A stretch of 64,000 nt of DNA from Malacoraja senta (taxonomy: Eukaryota): contig JAXLNO010000446.1 in NCBI GenBank assembly GCA_038087875.1, forward strand, positions 434,001-498,000, in the 5' to 3' direction. Position 1 is the first letter of the stretch; every line of letters begins with the position of its first letter. A program made the translations under genes and the position numbers. A model generated the notes under the pieces. That model did no database searches. It had not been told where the DNA came from and worked only from the letters and a program-made list of their open reading frames with translations. This document shows positions 1 through 13,411 of this stretch, piece by piece.

Positions 1-147
1 TACAAACCTGTACGTCTTTGGAGTGTGGGAGGAAATCGGAGCACCTGGAGAAAACCCACGCGGTCACTGGGAGAACGTACAAACTCCGTATAGAGAGCAC
101 CCGAAGTCAGGATCTAACCACTCTACCGCTGCGCCATTGTGCTGCCA
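1..147 (-). mobile_element. tRNA-derived V-SINE (HE1-like), partial
   Basis: Reverse complement carries the V-domain motif ggagtttgtacgttctccc...cgtgggttttctccaggtgctccgatttcctcccaca. Confidence 0.8.
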
Positions 148-777
148 GGAGTTGTGTTCTCTCACAGGGGTGAACTAAAAGAGTACTGCTCCTATATGGT
201 AAATGTTCCCACGTTAAAGTCCAGCTATCCCCATTACGTGCCCAAGCCCACAGTGAACTTTACGCTGGCTGGTGCCATGTAACAGCTGGGTTACACAAAT
301 AGTTCCTCGTACCTTGAGCAATGCTACTTCCCTCTATCACCGTCCAGCGGCTTTTCCAAAATATATTCCCATTTTTTCCACTTGCTCATAAGTCTCAGAG
401 TTGGAATGGAAACAGCATTAGCAAACAGCTGCAGACTTTAAATAAAAGCCGATCCCCACAGATGACATCGAGAACAGGTTACGCAAAGTAGAAAACACAA
501 ACAACGGCACTCTGAGGCACCTCCTGTTTCCACAGCAAGACCAGTGTGTGAGAGACCTGAATACCATGAGGGAATAGGGCTATGGAGATGAGACGCTGGA
601 TGTAACAAACAAATCCTACGAGGATAATGTAATGTGTTGTGTAAGAAAGAACTGCAGATGCTGGTTTAAATGGCAGGTAGACACAAAATGCTGCAGTAAC
701 TCAGCGGGTGAGACAGCATCTCTGGAGAGAAGGAATGGGCGACGTTTCTGTAATGTGTTGTGATGTACTTGCACTTA

Positions 778-1060
778 TGGCGACACAGTGGTGAAGCCGC
801 TGCCTCACAGCATCAGATCAATCTTGACGTTGGGTACTGTCTGTGTGGAGTTTGCACGTTCTTCCTGTGACTGCATGGGCTTTCCCTGGGTGGTTCGGTA
901 TCCTCCCACATCCCAAAGACGTGCAGGTGTGTAGGTTAACAGGCTGTCTGTAAATTGCGCCTTGTGTGTAGGTGGTGGTGTAAAAGTGGGATAGCATGGA
1001 ACCAGTGTGATTGACGGTCAGCCTGGGCTCGATGGGCTGAAGAGCCCATCTACAAGCTGT
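778..1060 (+). mobile_element. tRNA-derived V-SINE (HE1-like)
   Basis: tRNA-like head (ggcgacacagtggtg), V-domain tgtgtggagtttgcacgttc...cctcccacatcccaaagac and a CR1-type 3' tail. Related copies at ~3690-3857(-), 7925-8155(-), 11620-11835(-), 12310-12610(+), 37455-37750(+) and 43040-43315(+). Confidence 0.8.
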
Positions 1061-2013
1061 GTCAATTCAACAAGGCTTTTGATACTTTCTCATTTCCCAG
1101 CTGTGATGAAGGGCTTCCAACCCAATACATTAACTCCGTTTCTCTTTCCAGAGATACTGCCCGACCTGCTGAGTGCTTCCGGTATTTTCTAGCTGTATTT
1201 ACGTAAAAATGCAAGAGACAAGAGCAGCAGCAGGCGGGTCAGACCCACAGAAACACAATCAGACCAAGGCTGGTCAATCGCCTCGGCAACCGTCTCACCT
1301 CACTTTCCACTGGAAAGACCATTCGACCCATCAAGCCCTGCCTGCTGGGCCATGTAGCTCACATCCCTTGATTCCCTTTAAAAGGGATCCTTTGTAAAAT
1401 CCCTCATTAAAAATATATCGATCCCCACCTTGAATATACCAAGTGATCTTAGGCATAGAGCTGTACAGCACGGAAACAGGCCCTTCGGCCCACCTTGTCC
1501 ATGCCGGCTAAGTTTGTATATTGGCCTCATCCCATTAACCAGCTATATCTCTGAAATATATATATTAGAGGGATATCTCCAATATCCCTCTTAGAAAGAT
1601 ATTTTTTGTCCTTATATAGGATCCATTATATCCCTCAGTCTATAAGGGATATAACATTACTATCTACCTCATTGGTCATCCTCGGACTATCCTTGATCAG
1701 ACTTTACTGGCTTTACCTTTTACTAAACGCTATTCCCTTATCATGTATCGGTACACTGTAAGTGGGTCGATTGTAATCATGTATTGTCTTTCTGCTGACT
1801 GGCTAGCACGCAACAAAGGCTTTTCACTGTTCCTCGGTACACGTAACAATAAACTAAACTAAACTGTACCTTCAGTGAAGAAGGGTTTCGACCCGAACCG
1901 TCACCCCTTCCTTCTCTCTAGAGATGCTGCATGTTCCTCTGAGTTACACTAGCTTTTTGTGTCTATCTGGTTTAAATCAGCATCTGCAGCTCCTTCCTAC
2001 ACACTTACAGTTT

Positions 2014-2809
2014 TGTAAATCCTGGACAAAATAGAACCAGCATAGAGCCAAAATAAAGCAGAGGATTCATGCATTACAAGGCCTTTTTGGCCAATTCTGT
2101 ATTTCTGTATAAGGAGCCACAGGCTGCTGGCTGGTGCCGGGAAGTCTAGGTCCCAGATCAGCGCCAGATAAGAAAGGTATAAGTATCGTTGTAATTGTTA
2201 GTATATATGAGAATCTTGCAGAGGAGCTCCAAGGTATTGTAAATACATGAGTTTGATTGGATTGCTGCAAAGGAATTGTAAATAACATAAATAATGTTGC
2301 AAGACAGTTAACCTGCTGTTTGTTGATTGGCCAAAGTGTTAAGCCCTGGCAGAATTGTTTTGTGTTCCAGCGTAAATGTTGCATTATTCGGTTGACTAGC
2401 TACCTTCCAGAAGCTTCTGTAAGAAACATTGTTTTAGACGCTCTGTAATTGGATTGGGGAACTGTCAATAATGTATTGATGTAATTGATATGTTTGATTG
2501 GATTGTAGGGGGACCACCCCTATGTAGTTCGACCCCTCAATGTTTGTGGACCTATAAAAGGTAGCCCCCATTTAGATTGGTCGATCTTCAGGAAGTGCGC
2601 TTGGGACTCCGTGACCTTTTGGGTAGTGTCTGCTTGCACGAGACTGAAGGGCTTGGCCAGGCAGAGACAAGGTCGGTGGTTTAGGTATCGTATAGAGGAA
2701 TTTGGTATCGTATAGAGGAATTTGCTGTTCATTCTAAAAATAAAGATTAGTTGGTCCAGTGCTTGAGTCAATGTTTTTTACTGAACAAAACTATAGGAGC
2801 GTATTTACA
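2014..2809 (+). mobile_element. Solo LTR (ERV-like)
   Basis: TGTAAAT...ATTTACA termini; several ATTGG (reverse CCAAT) boxes, TATAAAA at ~2553 and AATAAA at ~2739; flanks GTTT/GTAT. An alternative start at 2238 gives an exact GTAT 4-bp TSD and a 9-bp TIR TGTAAATAC/GTATTTACA. Confidence 0.7.
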
Positions 2810-3857
2810 GTATAATATATAAATATATACTAAAGGATATAGACCCATATCCCGCTAAATCCTTCCTATCCATATATCTGCCCAAATGCCTTTTAAAAGT
2901 CATTATAATATATGTGCTTCTATAGCTTCCTCTGGCAAATTCTATAGCTTCCTCATCCAGATACGGACTACCCTCCGAGTGAAAAATGTGTTCTCATTGC
3001 TGCAGCCTCTTGTCGAGAACTCTAAACATTTACCGCTCTGCGGGTGAAGACATTTCTCATCTCTGACTCAATGGCAAACTATTTATTTTAAACAGTGACT
3101 CCTGTTTTCCCCCTGAAAAAGGTAATCAAACTCTGCATCTCCCAGATAAGGCCTATTAGGAATTGTACATGTTTCAATTGTGTTCCAGCTCTGCACACCA
3201 CATTAGTGGAGGGAATGAACTGGCAAGTGCAAAAGAGATTTACAAAGATGTCATCAGAACAGCAATTTGTAGCCATAAATAAATAATTGGATAAGGATTG
3301 GCCTTTTTGAAACGTGGAGGCCAAGGGGAGACAACGGAGTTGTTTACAATGAGTACATTTTTTGTGATGGTATGTGTGGTGTGGTGTTGCATGCCAGCCT
3401 CTAAAACATTAAAAGCTGAACTTTCACATTTTTAGAATTGTTGTTGATTTTATACTTTTTAGCTATTAGTTTATTAAATTAGAAGTTGATTGGTCACAAA
3501 CTGAAAACAGCTGAGGGGGTATATTTATGGACAAGAATTGTTGATAAATATAGCTTAATTTTTAATTGATAAGCATACAGGAACCTTTTGTATACAAAAG
3601 CAGCACAATATACAACCACGAGAGGCCTAGATACAGTAAATACAAAGATCTCTTACAGGAGATATATTTGAAATATACAAAGTGGAAACAGACCCTTTGG
3701 TCCACACCGACCATCTATCACCCGTTCACACTATTTCTGTGTTATCCCACTTTCTCATTCACTCCCTACACACTAGGGGCAATATACAGAGCCTACATAT
3801 TTGTACATCATTGGGATATGGGGGGTAACCGGAGCACCTGGAGAAAACCCACGTGGT

Positions 3858-4822
3858 CACTTGGATAGGCTAGGTGACTTGGATAGGCTGGGTGAGTGGG
3901 CAAATGCATGGCAGATGCAGTATAATGTGGATAAATGTGAGGTTATCCACTTTGGTGGCAAAAACAGGAAAGTAGACTATTACCTGAATGGTGGCCAATT
4001 AGGAAAAGGGGAGCTGCAACGAGACCTGGATGTCATGGCACACCAGTCATTGAAAGTGGGCAGGTACACAAAAATGCTGGAGAAACTCAGCGGGTGCAGC
4101 ATCTATGGAGCGAAGGAAACAGGCAACGTTTCGGGCCGAAACCCAAGTGGGCATGCAGGTGCAGCAGGCAGTGAAGAAAGCGAATGGTATGTTAGCATTC
4201 ATAGCAAAAGGATTTGAGTATAGGAGCAGGGAGGTTCTACTGCAGTTGTACAGGGTCTTGGTGAGACCACACCTGGAGTATTGCGTACAGTTTTGGTCTC
4301 CTAATCTGAGGAAGGACATTCTTGCCATAGAGGGAGTACAGAGAAGGTTCACCAGACTGATTCCTGGGATGTCAGGACTTTCATATGAGGAAAGACTGGA
4401 TAGACTCGGCTTGTACTCGCTGGAAGTTAGAAGATTGAGGGGGGATCTTATAGAAACGTATAAAATTCTTAATGGGTTGGACAGGCTAGATGCGGGAAGA
4501 TTGTTCCCGATGTTGGGGAAGTCCAGAACAAGGGGTCACAGTTTAAGGATAAAGGGGAAATCTTTTAGGACTGAGATGAGAAAAACATTTTTTACACAGA
4601 GAGTGGTGAATCTCTGGAATTCTCTGCCACAGAATGTAGTTGAGGCCAGTTCATTGGCTATATTTAAGAGGGAGTTAGATGTGGCCCTTGCGACTAAAGG
4701 GATCAGGGGGTATGGAGAGAAAGCAGGTACAGGATACTGAGTTGGATGATCAGCCATGATCATATTGAATGGCGGTGCAGGCTCGAACGGCCGAATGGCC
4801 TACTCCTGCACCTATTTTCTAT
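3858..4822 (+). mobile_element. CR1/HER1-type LINE, 5'-truncated (RT C-terminus plus 3' tail)
   Basis: ORFs encode WQMQYNVDKCEVIHFG and LVRPHLEYCVQFWSP...FFTQRVVNLWNSLP; ends in the tttctatg tail. Confidence 0.92.
4063..4144 (-). mobile_element. 82-bp Penelope-derived short element inserted in CR1, 9-bp TSD
   Basis: Interrupts the CR1 reading frame; flanked by direct repeats aagtgggca at 4054-4062 and 4145-4153; sequence is the gatgctgc...ctgagtttctccagca family. Confidence 0.8.
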
Positions 4823-6072
4823 GCCCTCAATATCCTCATCCTCCTCGACCCGAGTGCAGCCTTCGATACCGTCAACCACAACATCCTGCTCACCAGACTT
4901 AGGGACCTTGGCATTGAAGGTTCTGCACTCAGCTGGTTCCGTTCTTACCTTTCCAACCGATCCCACTTCATCTCTCTCCATAACCACACCTCTGCCACAG
5001 CCACTGTCACTCAAGGCGTTCCCCAAGGCTCCGTTCTTGGTCCCCTCCTCTTCATCATCTACATCCTCCCCCTTGGTCATATACTCCGTCACTTCAACCT
5101 GGACTTCCACTGCTATGCTGATGACACCCAGATCTATCTCTGCACCAAGTCCCCCCACCACCCCCCTCTCTCCCATATCAACTCCTGCCTATCAGCCATC
5201 AAATCTTGGATGCAACTCAACTTCCTTAAATTAAACAGTAGCAAAACAGAATTTCTCCTCATTGGCTCCAAATCAACACTCACTAAAATTAACAACCCCA
5301 CTCTCACTATCGACGGCACCACTGTCTCCCCATCTCCTCAGGCACGCAACCTTGGCGTGATCCTTGACTCAACCCTCTCCCTTGAGCCTCACATCCGCCA
5401 TGTTGTCAAAACATCATTTTTTCACCTCCGCAACATTGCAAAAATCAGATCGTCTCTCACACCCCCCGCTGCTGAAAGACTCATCCATGCCTTCATCTCC
5501 TCCCGACTGGACTACTGTAACTCTCTTCTTTTCGGAATCAATTCCAGCAGCATCAAACGACTCCAACTGGTCCAAAATGCAGCCGCTCGACTCATTACCC
5601 ACACCAACTCCTGGCACCACATCACCCCAGTTCTCAAAGAACTTCACTGGCTTCCCATTTCCCACCGGATCACCTACAAAATCCTGGTCCTCACCTACAA
5701 AGCCCTCAACAACCTGCCCCCCCCTTATCTCATTGACCTCCTCTCCCCCTACCCTCACGGTCCCTCAGATCCACATCAGCTGGTCTCCTCTCCTATCCGA
5801 AATCAAACCTCTGCACTTTTGGAGGCAGAGCCTTCTCCAGGGCAGCTCCCAGGCTCTGGAATTCCCTCCCACAACCAGTCCGAAATTCTGAGTCCCTCAC
5901 CATCTTCCAGTCCCGCCTCAAGACCCATCTCTTCACCTCTGCATACCCTTAGTCCCATGTTCCCCTCCCCTCTGTCTTACTGCTCTATTTTGTTTTGTTT
6001 ATTCCTGACTCAATTGTAAAGCGACTTTGAGTCCTGAAAAGCGCTATATAAATAAAAACTATTATTATTATT
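4823..6072 (+). mobile_element. L2 LINE, 5'-truncated (RT domain plus 3' tail)
   Basis: ORF 4769-6019 encodes LLDPSAAFDTVNH, GVPQGSVLGPLLF, HCYADDTQIY and SRLDYCNSLL; L2 tail tgtaaagcgactttgag...aaagcgctatataaataaa followed by (tat)n. Confidence 0.93.
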
Positions 6073-9045
6073 ATGTTTCTATGTCACAGTGAGAACATGC
6101 AAACTCCACATAGATAGCAGCTGAGGTGGGGAACCAGGGGCTCAGGAATTGTGAGGCAGTAGCTCTACCAGCTGTGCCAGTAAACCAACCAGAGAGTTGT
6201 GACTCTGTGGAATTTTCACACAGAGAGTTGTGGATCTGTGGAATTTTCTGCCACAGAAGGCAGTGGAGGCCTATGCACTGGATGTTTTCAAGAGAGAGTT
6301 AGATTATGATCTTGGGGCTAAAGGAATCAAGGGATATGAGGAAAAGCAGGAACGGGGTATTGATTTTGGCTGATCAGCCATGATCATATTGAATGGCAGT
6401 GCTGGGTCGAAGGGCCGAATGGCCTACTCCTGCACCCATTGTCTATTGATACCAAGACCATCTCTTACCTGCCTACAAATATCCCTGCATATCCTTGTGG
6501 CCATCCACAAGCCTCTTAAACACCACGATGTTTAATATATACATACTATATACATACATACAACCAGAGATGGTGGGGGTCTGGAGCATTTTGGCCCACA
6601 ATGTCTATTAGGTCAAGATGCCAATCCTATCCCCTCTGCCTGTACATGATCAATATCCCTGGCTAGTCACGTCATAGCCACAAACAGGCCCAATGCCTCA
6701 AATCGTTCATGGTGACCAAAACACTCACTCAGAGGATCTAAAATAGTCCCTCTGAACCTTGCCTATTCATGTACCTGTCCAAGTGCCTTTTAAATGTTGC
6801 TGTAGTCCCTGCCTCAACTACCTCCTCCAAGAGCCCCATACCCACCACCCTGTGTGTGAACTGTCCAAATGCCTCTTAAACATTGCCGCCGCATCTGCCT
6901 CCACCACGTCCACTACCAACCAGCTCCAAGCACCCACCATGTCCTGGATTAAAGACTTAATTTGCACATCTCCTTTCAACTTTCTCCCTCTCACGGTAAA
7001 CCTGTCCCGTGTGGCATTTTGCATTGGATAGGTGCAATCTTTTGTTTTTTTGGTATGTCCTCTGTGTTGAATGCTTGGCTGGCAGCAGAGTACTGCAGTT
7101 TCCCCATCGGGTCTCAAGTAAAGTGGCACTGAGACTACACTGACATGCATGACTCAGATTACCATTGATACATTAAAGTCCTTGTTGGTTCAAGGGGATT
7201 GGAGCCATTTTCAGACACAAAGCACATTCCATTCCCACGTATGTACCTGTCTAATTGTTTCTTAAACGTTGCAATAGTACCTGCCTCAACTACCTCCTCT
7301 GGCAGGTTGTTCCATACACCCACCACCCTTTGTGTAAAAAAGTGACCCCTCAGGTTCCTATTAAATCTTTCCCCTCTCACCTTAAACCTATATCCTCTGG
7401 TTCCCGATTCCCCTTCTCTGGGCAACAGACTCTGTGCATCTACCCAATCTATTCCTCACCAGTGCAAGATTACCCCTCACCCTCCTGTGCCCCAAGGCTG
7501 CCTGTCCAACCTCTCCCTACAGCTTTGTTTCTTGAATCTTTCTGTAACTACCTGTGGGCAAATGGGACTAGCTTAGATGGGGCCTCTTGGTCAGCATGGA
7601 CGAGTTGGGCCGAAGGGCCTGTTTCCGTGCCTAATGAGTCTATAACACCTGCATGCCAAGCACTGGGACATAACATTAGACAGCAGAGTTCCATTCTGAC
7701 TTAGACAGGACAGCTCAAAGATCTGCATCATAAAAGTTCCGATCTCAACATTATTGTGCCAATTCCATTTCCCAAATTACCCATTCCACTGGCAGCTCTG
7801 TGCAAGCTTCATTAAGTCCAAAATTAAATGCCTTTTACCACCAGGAGACAGATGTGTATCTCCATCCATTACATTCTATTATAGATCTTTCCACTGAACG
7901 TAGTATAATTAAAGCTTTCTGATTTTGACTTTAGATTTTAGAGATACTATGCGGAAACAGACCACCAAGTCCGCGCCGACCAGCGAATACCCTCACATTA
8001 ACACCATCCAACACGCCAGGGATTTTTTTTGTAAACAACTTACCGAACACCTACAACCTGCACGTCTTTGGCGTGTGGGAGGAAACCGGAGCACCCAGAG
8101 AAAACCCACGCAGTCACAGGGAGAACGTACAAAATCCGTACAGACAGCACCCATAGACAGATTGAAGAATTGTGTTGACCCAAAATATCACCCATTCCTT
8201 CTATCCAGAGAAACATAGAAAATAGGTGCAGGAGTATGCCATTCGGCACTTTGAGCCAGCACCGCCATTCAATATGATCATGGCAGATCATCCACAATCA
8301 GTACCCCGTTCCTGCTTTCTCCTCATAACCTTTGAATCCGTTAGCCCTAAGAGCTAAATCTAACTCTCTTGAAAACATCCAGTGAATTGGCAGAGAATTC
8401 CACAGATCCACAACGCTCTGGTTGGCATATTGGCTTTTTCTCCATATCCCTCGATTCCCTTAGTCCCAAGAGCTAAATCTAACTCTCTCTCTTGAAAATG
8501 GTGGCATGTAGTTATTAACCAATTCAGTGCCACACCCGAGTATACTCGGATCATGGCCAATAGTGAAAAAAAAACTTGGCAGTGAACAGGTTAATACTCA
8601 AATGTTGCAGACCAACCACACTGAAGTGACGGGCAAGAAGGCACAACAAAGCCTCTTGTTCCTGAGGAGACGGGAAAGTCATCAACTGAAACTTCTACAG
8701 ATGCACCATAGAAAGCATACAGCTTGCTTTGGGAACAGTCCTATCCAAGACCACAAGAACATGCAGAGAATTGTCAATGTAGCCCAGTCCATCACACAGA
8801 TCAGATTTCCTACCATTGACTCCATCCACAATTCATGCTGCTTTGGAAATCCAGCCTTCATGATTTTAAACACCTCTATAAGATCACCCCTTAGCCTCCT
8901 GTGCTCCAAGGAATAGGCAATCCAAACATATAAGGCACACTATCTTACTAAAAGTTTTAAATACTGAATTTAGCACAAATATCCAGCTCTCAATAGATGC
9001 ATCAGACTGATTTTTCCACAATTAGCATGGCTCTGTAATATCTTT

Positions 9046-9370
9046 CCAGATCAGGTCGGGGTGAGTTCCCCCGCCATGGGCACCATGTAATCCCGTGCTA
9101 CATGCTCCATGGTCGGATAGTCGGTGACTAAACCGTCTCCCCCACCTGGTTTGTCAGGTGAGGAGGGGGCTGTGGACCCCCAGCAGGACCAAAAACAAGA
9201 CCTGTCAAAGGGCGGATGAGCCCCCAAGCAAGCCAATGACCATCCACACTTCAGTAGAAGTTGTGATCACTGTTGTACACGGCAGTGCAAAGAATGAGGA
9301 TAAAGCACACACACCAAAATCCTCCACTTCCAGTGGCGGAAGTCCGCAGGAACTGGAGGACAGAGATGCG
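9046..9370 (+). mobile_element. Probable RTE-clade non-autonomous fragment
   Basis: GC-richer block with RTE-like UTR motifs and a 3'-end-like ggacagagatgcgtggtgc; recognised by resemblance only. Confidence 0.4.
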
Positions 9371-10308
9371 TGGTGCGTCCGTCACAGTTCCCGTCGGAAA
9401 CCAGCACCACTGCCTCGCTAATGTTTTCATCGATGATGAATCAATGAATGTACTATCTTTAGACACAGGAATCAAAAGAGGACATTAAGAACAGTACAGC
9501 ACAGGAACAGGCCCTTCTTCCGACAATGCCTGTGCCTAACATGGTATCAAGTTAAACTATGCCCTCTGACTACACGTAATACATATCCCTCCATATCTAT
9601 GTGCCTATCTAATAAACACCACTATATCTGCCTCCACCACCACCCCAGGCAATGCTCTACGCATCTTTTAACTTTACCACCTTCATCATAAAGTGCTGCC
9701 CTCTACTCTTTGACATTTCCACCCTGGGGAAAAAAGGGTCTGACTGTCTTCCCTGTCTCAAGTAAATGGTAGAACCGCGGGGAGTATTGAGGAACAGAAG
9801 GAATTTGCTGCACAAGGATCCCTAATAGTGGCAGCACATCGAGGGAGTACAGGGTACTTGCCTTCATTGCAGGAATGGAATGGAATGGAAGAAACTAGAG
9901 GTCACGGTCTAACTTTATGAAACATTTCATCGGCCACGGCTGGGGTACTATGTACATTTTGAGTCACCACACTACAGCAAGTATTGGCACTGATATGGGA
10001 AGGAGGTAGAGCAGATGTATCAGAATGTAGAGTCAAGTGAACCAGAGGACATGGGTTTAAGGTGAGGAGGGAACGATTTAATAGGAACCTGAGCGGTAAC
10101 TTTCTTTACACAATGGGTGGTGAGTAAATGGAACGAGCTGCTGGAGGAGGTAGTTAAGGCAGGGACTATCATAACATTTAAGAGCCATTTAGACAGGTAC
10201 ATAGATAGAGGATTATGGGCCAAGCACATGCAGGTGTGACTAGTGTAGATGGGGCATGTTGGTCGGCAAACGATGAAAAATCTTACTTGCAGCAGCTTAA
10301 CAGTGTTC

Positions 10309-10535
10309 AGTCTGAAGAAGGGTGTTGACCCAAAACGTCACCTATCCATGTTCTCCAGAGATGCTGCCTGACCCGCTGAGTTACTCCAGCACTCTGTGAA
10401 ACGTCACCTATCCATGTTCTCCAGAGATGCTGCCTGACCCGCTGAGTTACTCCAGCACTCTGTGAAACGTCACCTATCCATGTTCTCCACAGATGCTGCC
10501 TGACCCGCTGAGTTACACGCGCACTTTGTGTCTAT
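10309..10535 (+). repeat. Penelope-derived short element with 66-bp tandem units (3 copies)
   Basis: ctgaagaagggtgttgacccaaaacgtc head, then unit gaaacgtcacctatccatgttctccacagatgctgcctgacccgctgagttactccagcactctgt with period 66 (10398, 10464). Confidence 0.9.
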
Positions 10536-10636
10536 CTTCTGCCATGTTTATATATCTGTTATACTTTTGCAAGTATTAATTTCATTGCTATATAGGTGAC
10601 GTTCTGCGGCGGGACCCTTATTCTCTGTAGTTGAGA

Positions 10637-11244
10637 GACAATAGGTGCAGGAGTAGGCCATTCGGCCCTTCAAGCTAGCACCGCCATTTAATGTGATCAC
10701 GGCTGATCATCCCCAATCAGTACCACGTTCCTGCCTTCTCCCCATATCCCCCGACTCCGCTATCTTTAAGAGCCCTATCTTGCTCTCTCTTGAAAGTATC
10801 CAGAGAACTGGCCTCCACCGCCCTCTGAGGCAGAGAATTCCAGACTCACAACTCTCTGTGAGAAAAAGTGTTTCCTCGTCTCCGTTCTAAATGGCTTACT
10901 CCTTATTCTTAAACTGTGGCCCCTGGTTCTGGACTCCCCCAACATCGGGAACATGTTTCCTGCCTCTAGCGTGTCCAAACCCTTAATAATCTTATATGTT
11001 TCAATAAGATCGCTTCTCATCCTTCTAAACTCCAGAGTATAGAAGCCCAGCCGCTCCATTCTCTCAGCATGACAGTTCCGCCATCCCGGGAATTAACCTT
11101 GTAAACCTACACTGCACTGCCTCAATTGCAAGAATGTCCTTCCTCAAATTAGGGGACCAAAACTGCAAACAATACTCCAGGTGTGGTCTCACTAGGGCCC
11201 TGTACAACTGCAGAAGGATCTCTTTGGTCCTATACTCAACTCCT
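10637..11244 (-). mobile_element. CR1/HER1-type LINE 3' fragment
   Basis: Minus ORF MERLGFYTLEFRRMRSDLIETYKII...TRGHSLRI; tail at the left end. Confidence 0.9.
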
Positions 11245-12821
11245 AGTTTGTAGTATTTAATAACCTAAGATAGACACAAATAGCTGGAGTAACCAGTGGG
11301 ACAGGCAGCATGTCTGGAGAGAAGGAATGGGTGACGTTTCAGGTCGTGACCCTTCTTCAGACGTATTTAATAGCCTGATGCTTGTAGAGAGGATGCTGCT
11401 TCTAAACCTGGGTGTTACTGTTTTCAGGCTTCATGTTCTAACTCTCAGTTCTTCCACCGGCTCCATTCTTATAGCTGCACAAGGTTGCTGGCACAATAAT
11501 TTGCAATACCTGACATCTTATGAAGCATAAAAGAGCCTGGTGCAGGAGAAGCGGAGTGTCTAGAAATTTAGTGAAAAACAGGCTCTTGGGTCTGACCAGC
11601 GATTGGCCCATTACACCAGCACATGCTATGGACAATTTGCAATATTTTACCCAAGCCAATTAACCTACAAACGTGTACGTCTTTGGAATGTGGGAGGAAA
11701 CCAGAGCACCCGGAAAACCCCCCACACTGTCACAGGGAGAACATACAAACTCTGTAGACATCTTCCATAGTCAGGATGGAACCTGGGTCTCTGGCGTTGT
11801 AAGGCAGCAACTCTCCGCTACGCCAGTGTGCTACCCCACCTGCCAGTAGACGTCTAGCAGGAGGGTCACTGAGCTTAAACAGGCCCCACAGCCCACCTTG
11901 TCCATACCAAACTGCATATTGGGCGAGTCCCATTTGTCTGCATTTAGCCTCTATTTCTCCTGTCCACACATCTGCCCAAATGTCTTTTAAAAGTCGCTTG
12001 TAAAGAGGTGAGCAAGGACTCGGGCAAGAGCACAGGTGAAGTTACAATATACTTGTAATGAAAGGTAACGTGACAATGTGAGCTACTGAGGATATGCCAG
12101 GAACATTAGCCGAGGAGGGTGGAGACTGATTAAACTGTATACAGAACTGATATTAAAATTACTAGGTCCCTTCTGTGAAAACCACAGGAGGATCAAACAC
12201 CTGAGAAGACATGCACGCAAATCTTAATGCAAATGAAATGATAAACTGTACTTTCGAGAGAGTGAAAACAGATCAGGGTAAGGGTAATAATAAAAGCTGT
12301 TGTTTTCAGTAGCACAAGGGCAGTGGGTAGAGCTGCTGCCTCACAGCACCAGAGATCCGGGTTCAACCCTGACCTCAGATGTTGACTGTGTGGAGTTTGC
12401 ACGTTCTCCCTGTGACCGCGTGGGATTCTGCCTGGTGCTCCGGTTTCCTCCCACATCCAAAATACTGCAGATTTGCACGTTAACTGGCCTGTGTAAAGTA
12501 TCCATCATGTTGGGGGTGGATGAGAAAATGGGATAACATAGAACTACTGTGAATGGCTGATGTATGGTCGGCATGGACTTGTGGGCCAAAGGGCCTGTTT
12601 CCATGCTCTACCCATGCATTCAAACAGAGACATTAATGCTTAAAGATGCTGAAAGGTTCATAGGCTATAGACTAACGTAGTGACCAATCAGTCAACATAT
12701 TGTTCCCGAAGGCATCAGTAGGCAAGGGCCATGTTCAAAATGGACACCATCAAAAATGTTTGACTGCCCAACCCGGTTAATGGTTTAGTTTTAGTTTAGT
12801 TTAGAGATACAGCGCGGAAAC

Positions 12822-13021
12822 NNNNNNNNNNNNNNNNNNNNNNNNNNNNNNNNNNNNNNNNNNNNNNNNNNNNNNNNNNNNNNNNNNNNNNNNNNNNNNN
12901 NNNNNNNNNNNNNNNNNNNNNNNNNNNNNNNNNNNNNNNNNNNNNNNNNNNNNNNNNNNNNNNNNNNNNNNNNNNNNNNNNNNNNNNNNNNNNNNNNNNN
13001 NNNNNNNNNNNNNNNNNNNNN
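12822..13021. other. Assembly gap (200 N)
   Basis: Run of exactly 200 N. Confidence 1.
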
Positions 13022-13411
13022 CCACAGAAGGCAGTGGAGGCCAATTCACTGGATGTTTTCAAGAGAGAGTTAGATGGAGCTCTTAGGGGTAACGGAATTG
13101 AGGGATATGGGGAAAAAGCAGGAATGGGGTACTTACTGTTTTTTTTAGATGATCGGCCCCCGATCACATTGAAAGGCGGTGCTGGCTCAAAGGGCTGAAT
13201 GGCCTACTCCTGCCCCTATTTTTAATATGTTGATTCCTTCCTCCAGCTTCACAATTCACTCTTCTATCCTTATCTCACACGTTTTGTGTTTTCATCTCTG
13301 GCCCTTGTCCACCATCTGACTGTCAAAAACCACTCCCCCCCTCACCTGTTATCCATCTATCACTTGTCAGGCTTTTCCTGTCCCAGCTTTCTCTTCCCTC
13401 CTCCCTAGAAT

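Noticed and set aside
4769..6019. 416-aa ORF as a host gene
   Set aside because: Chance fusion of a CR1 tail and an L2 reverse transcriptase.
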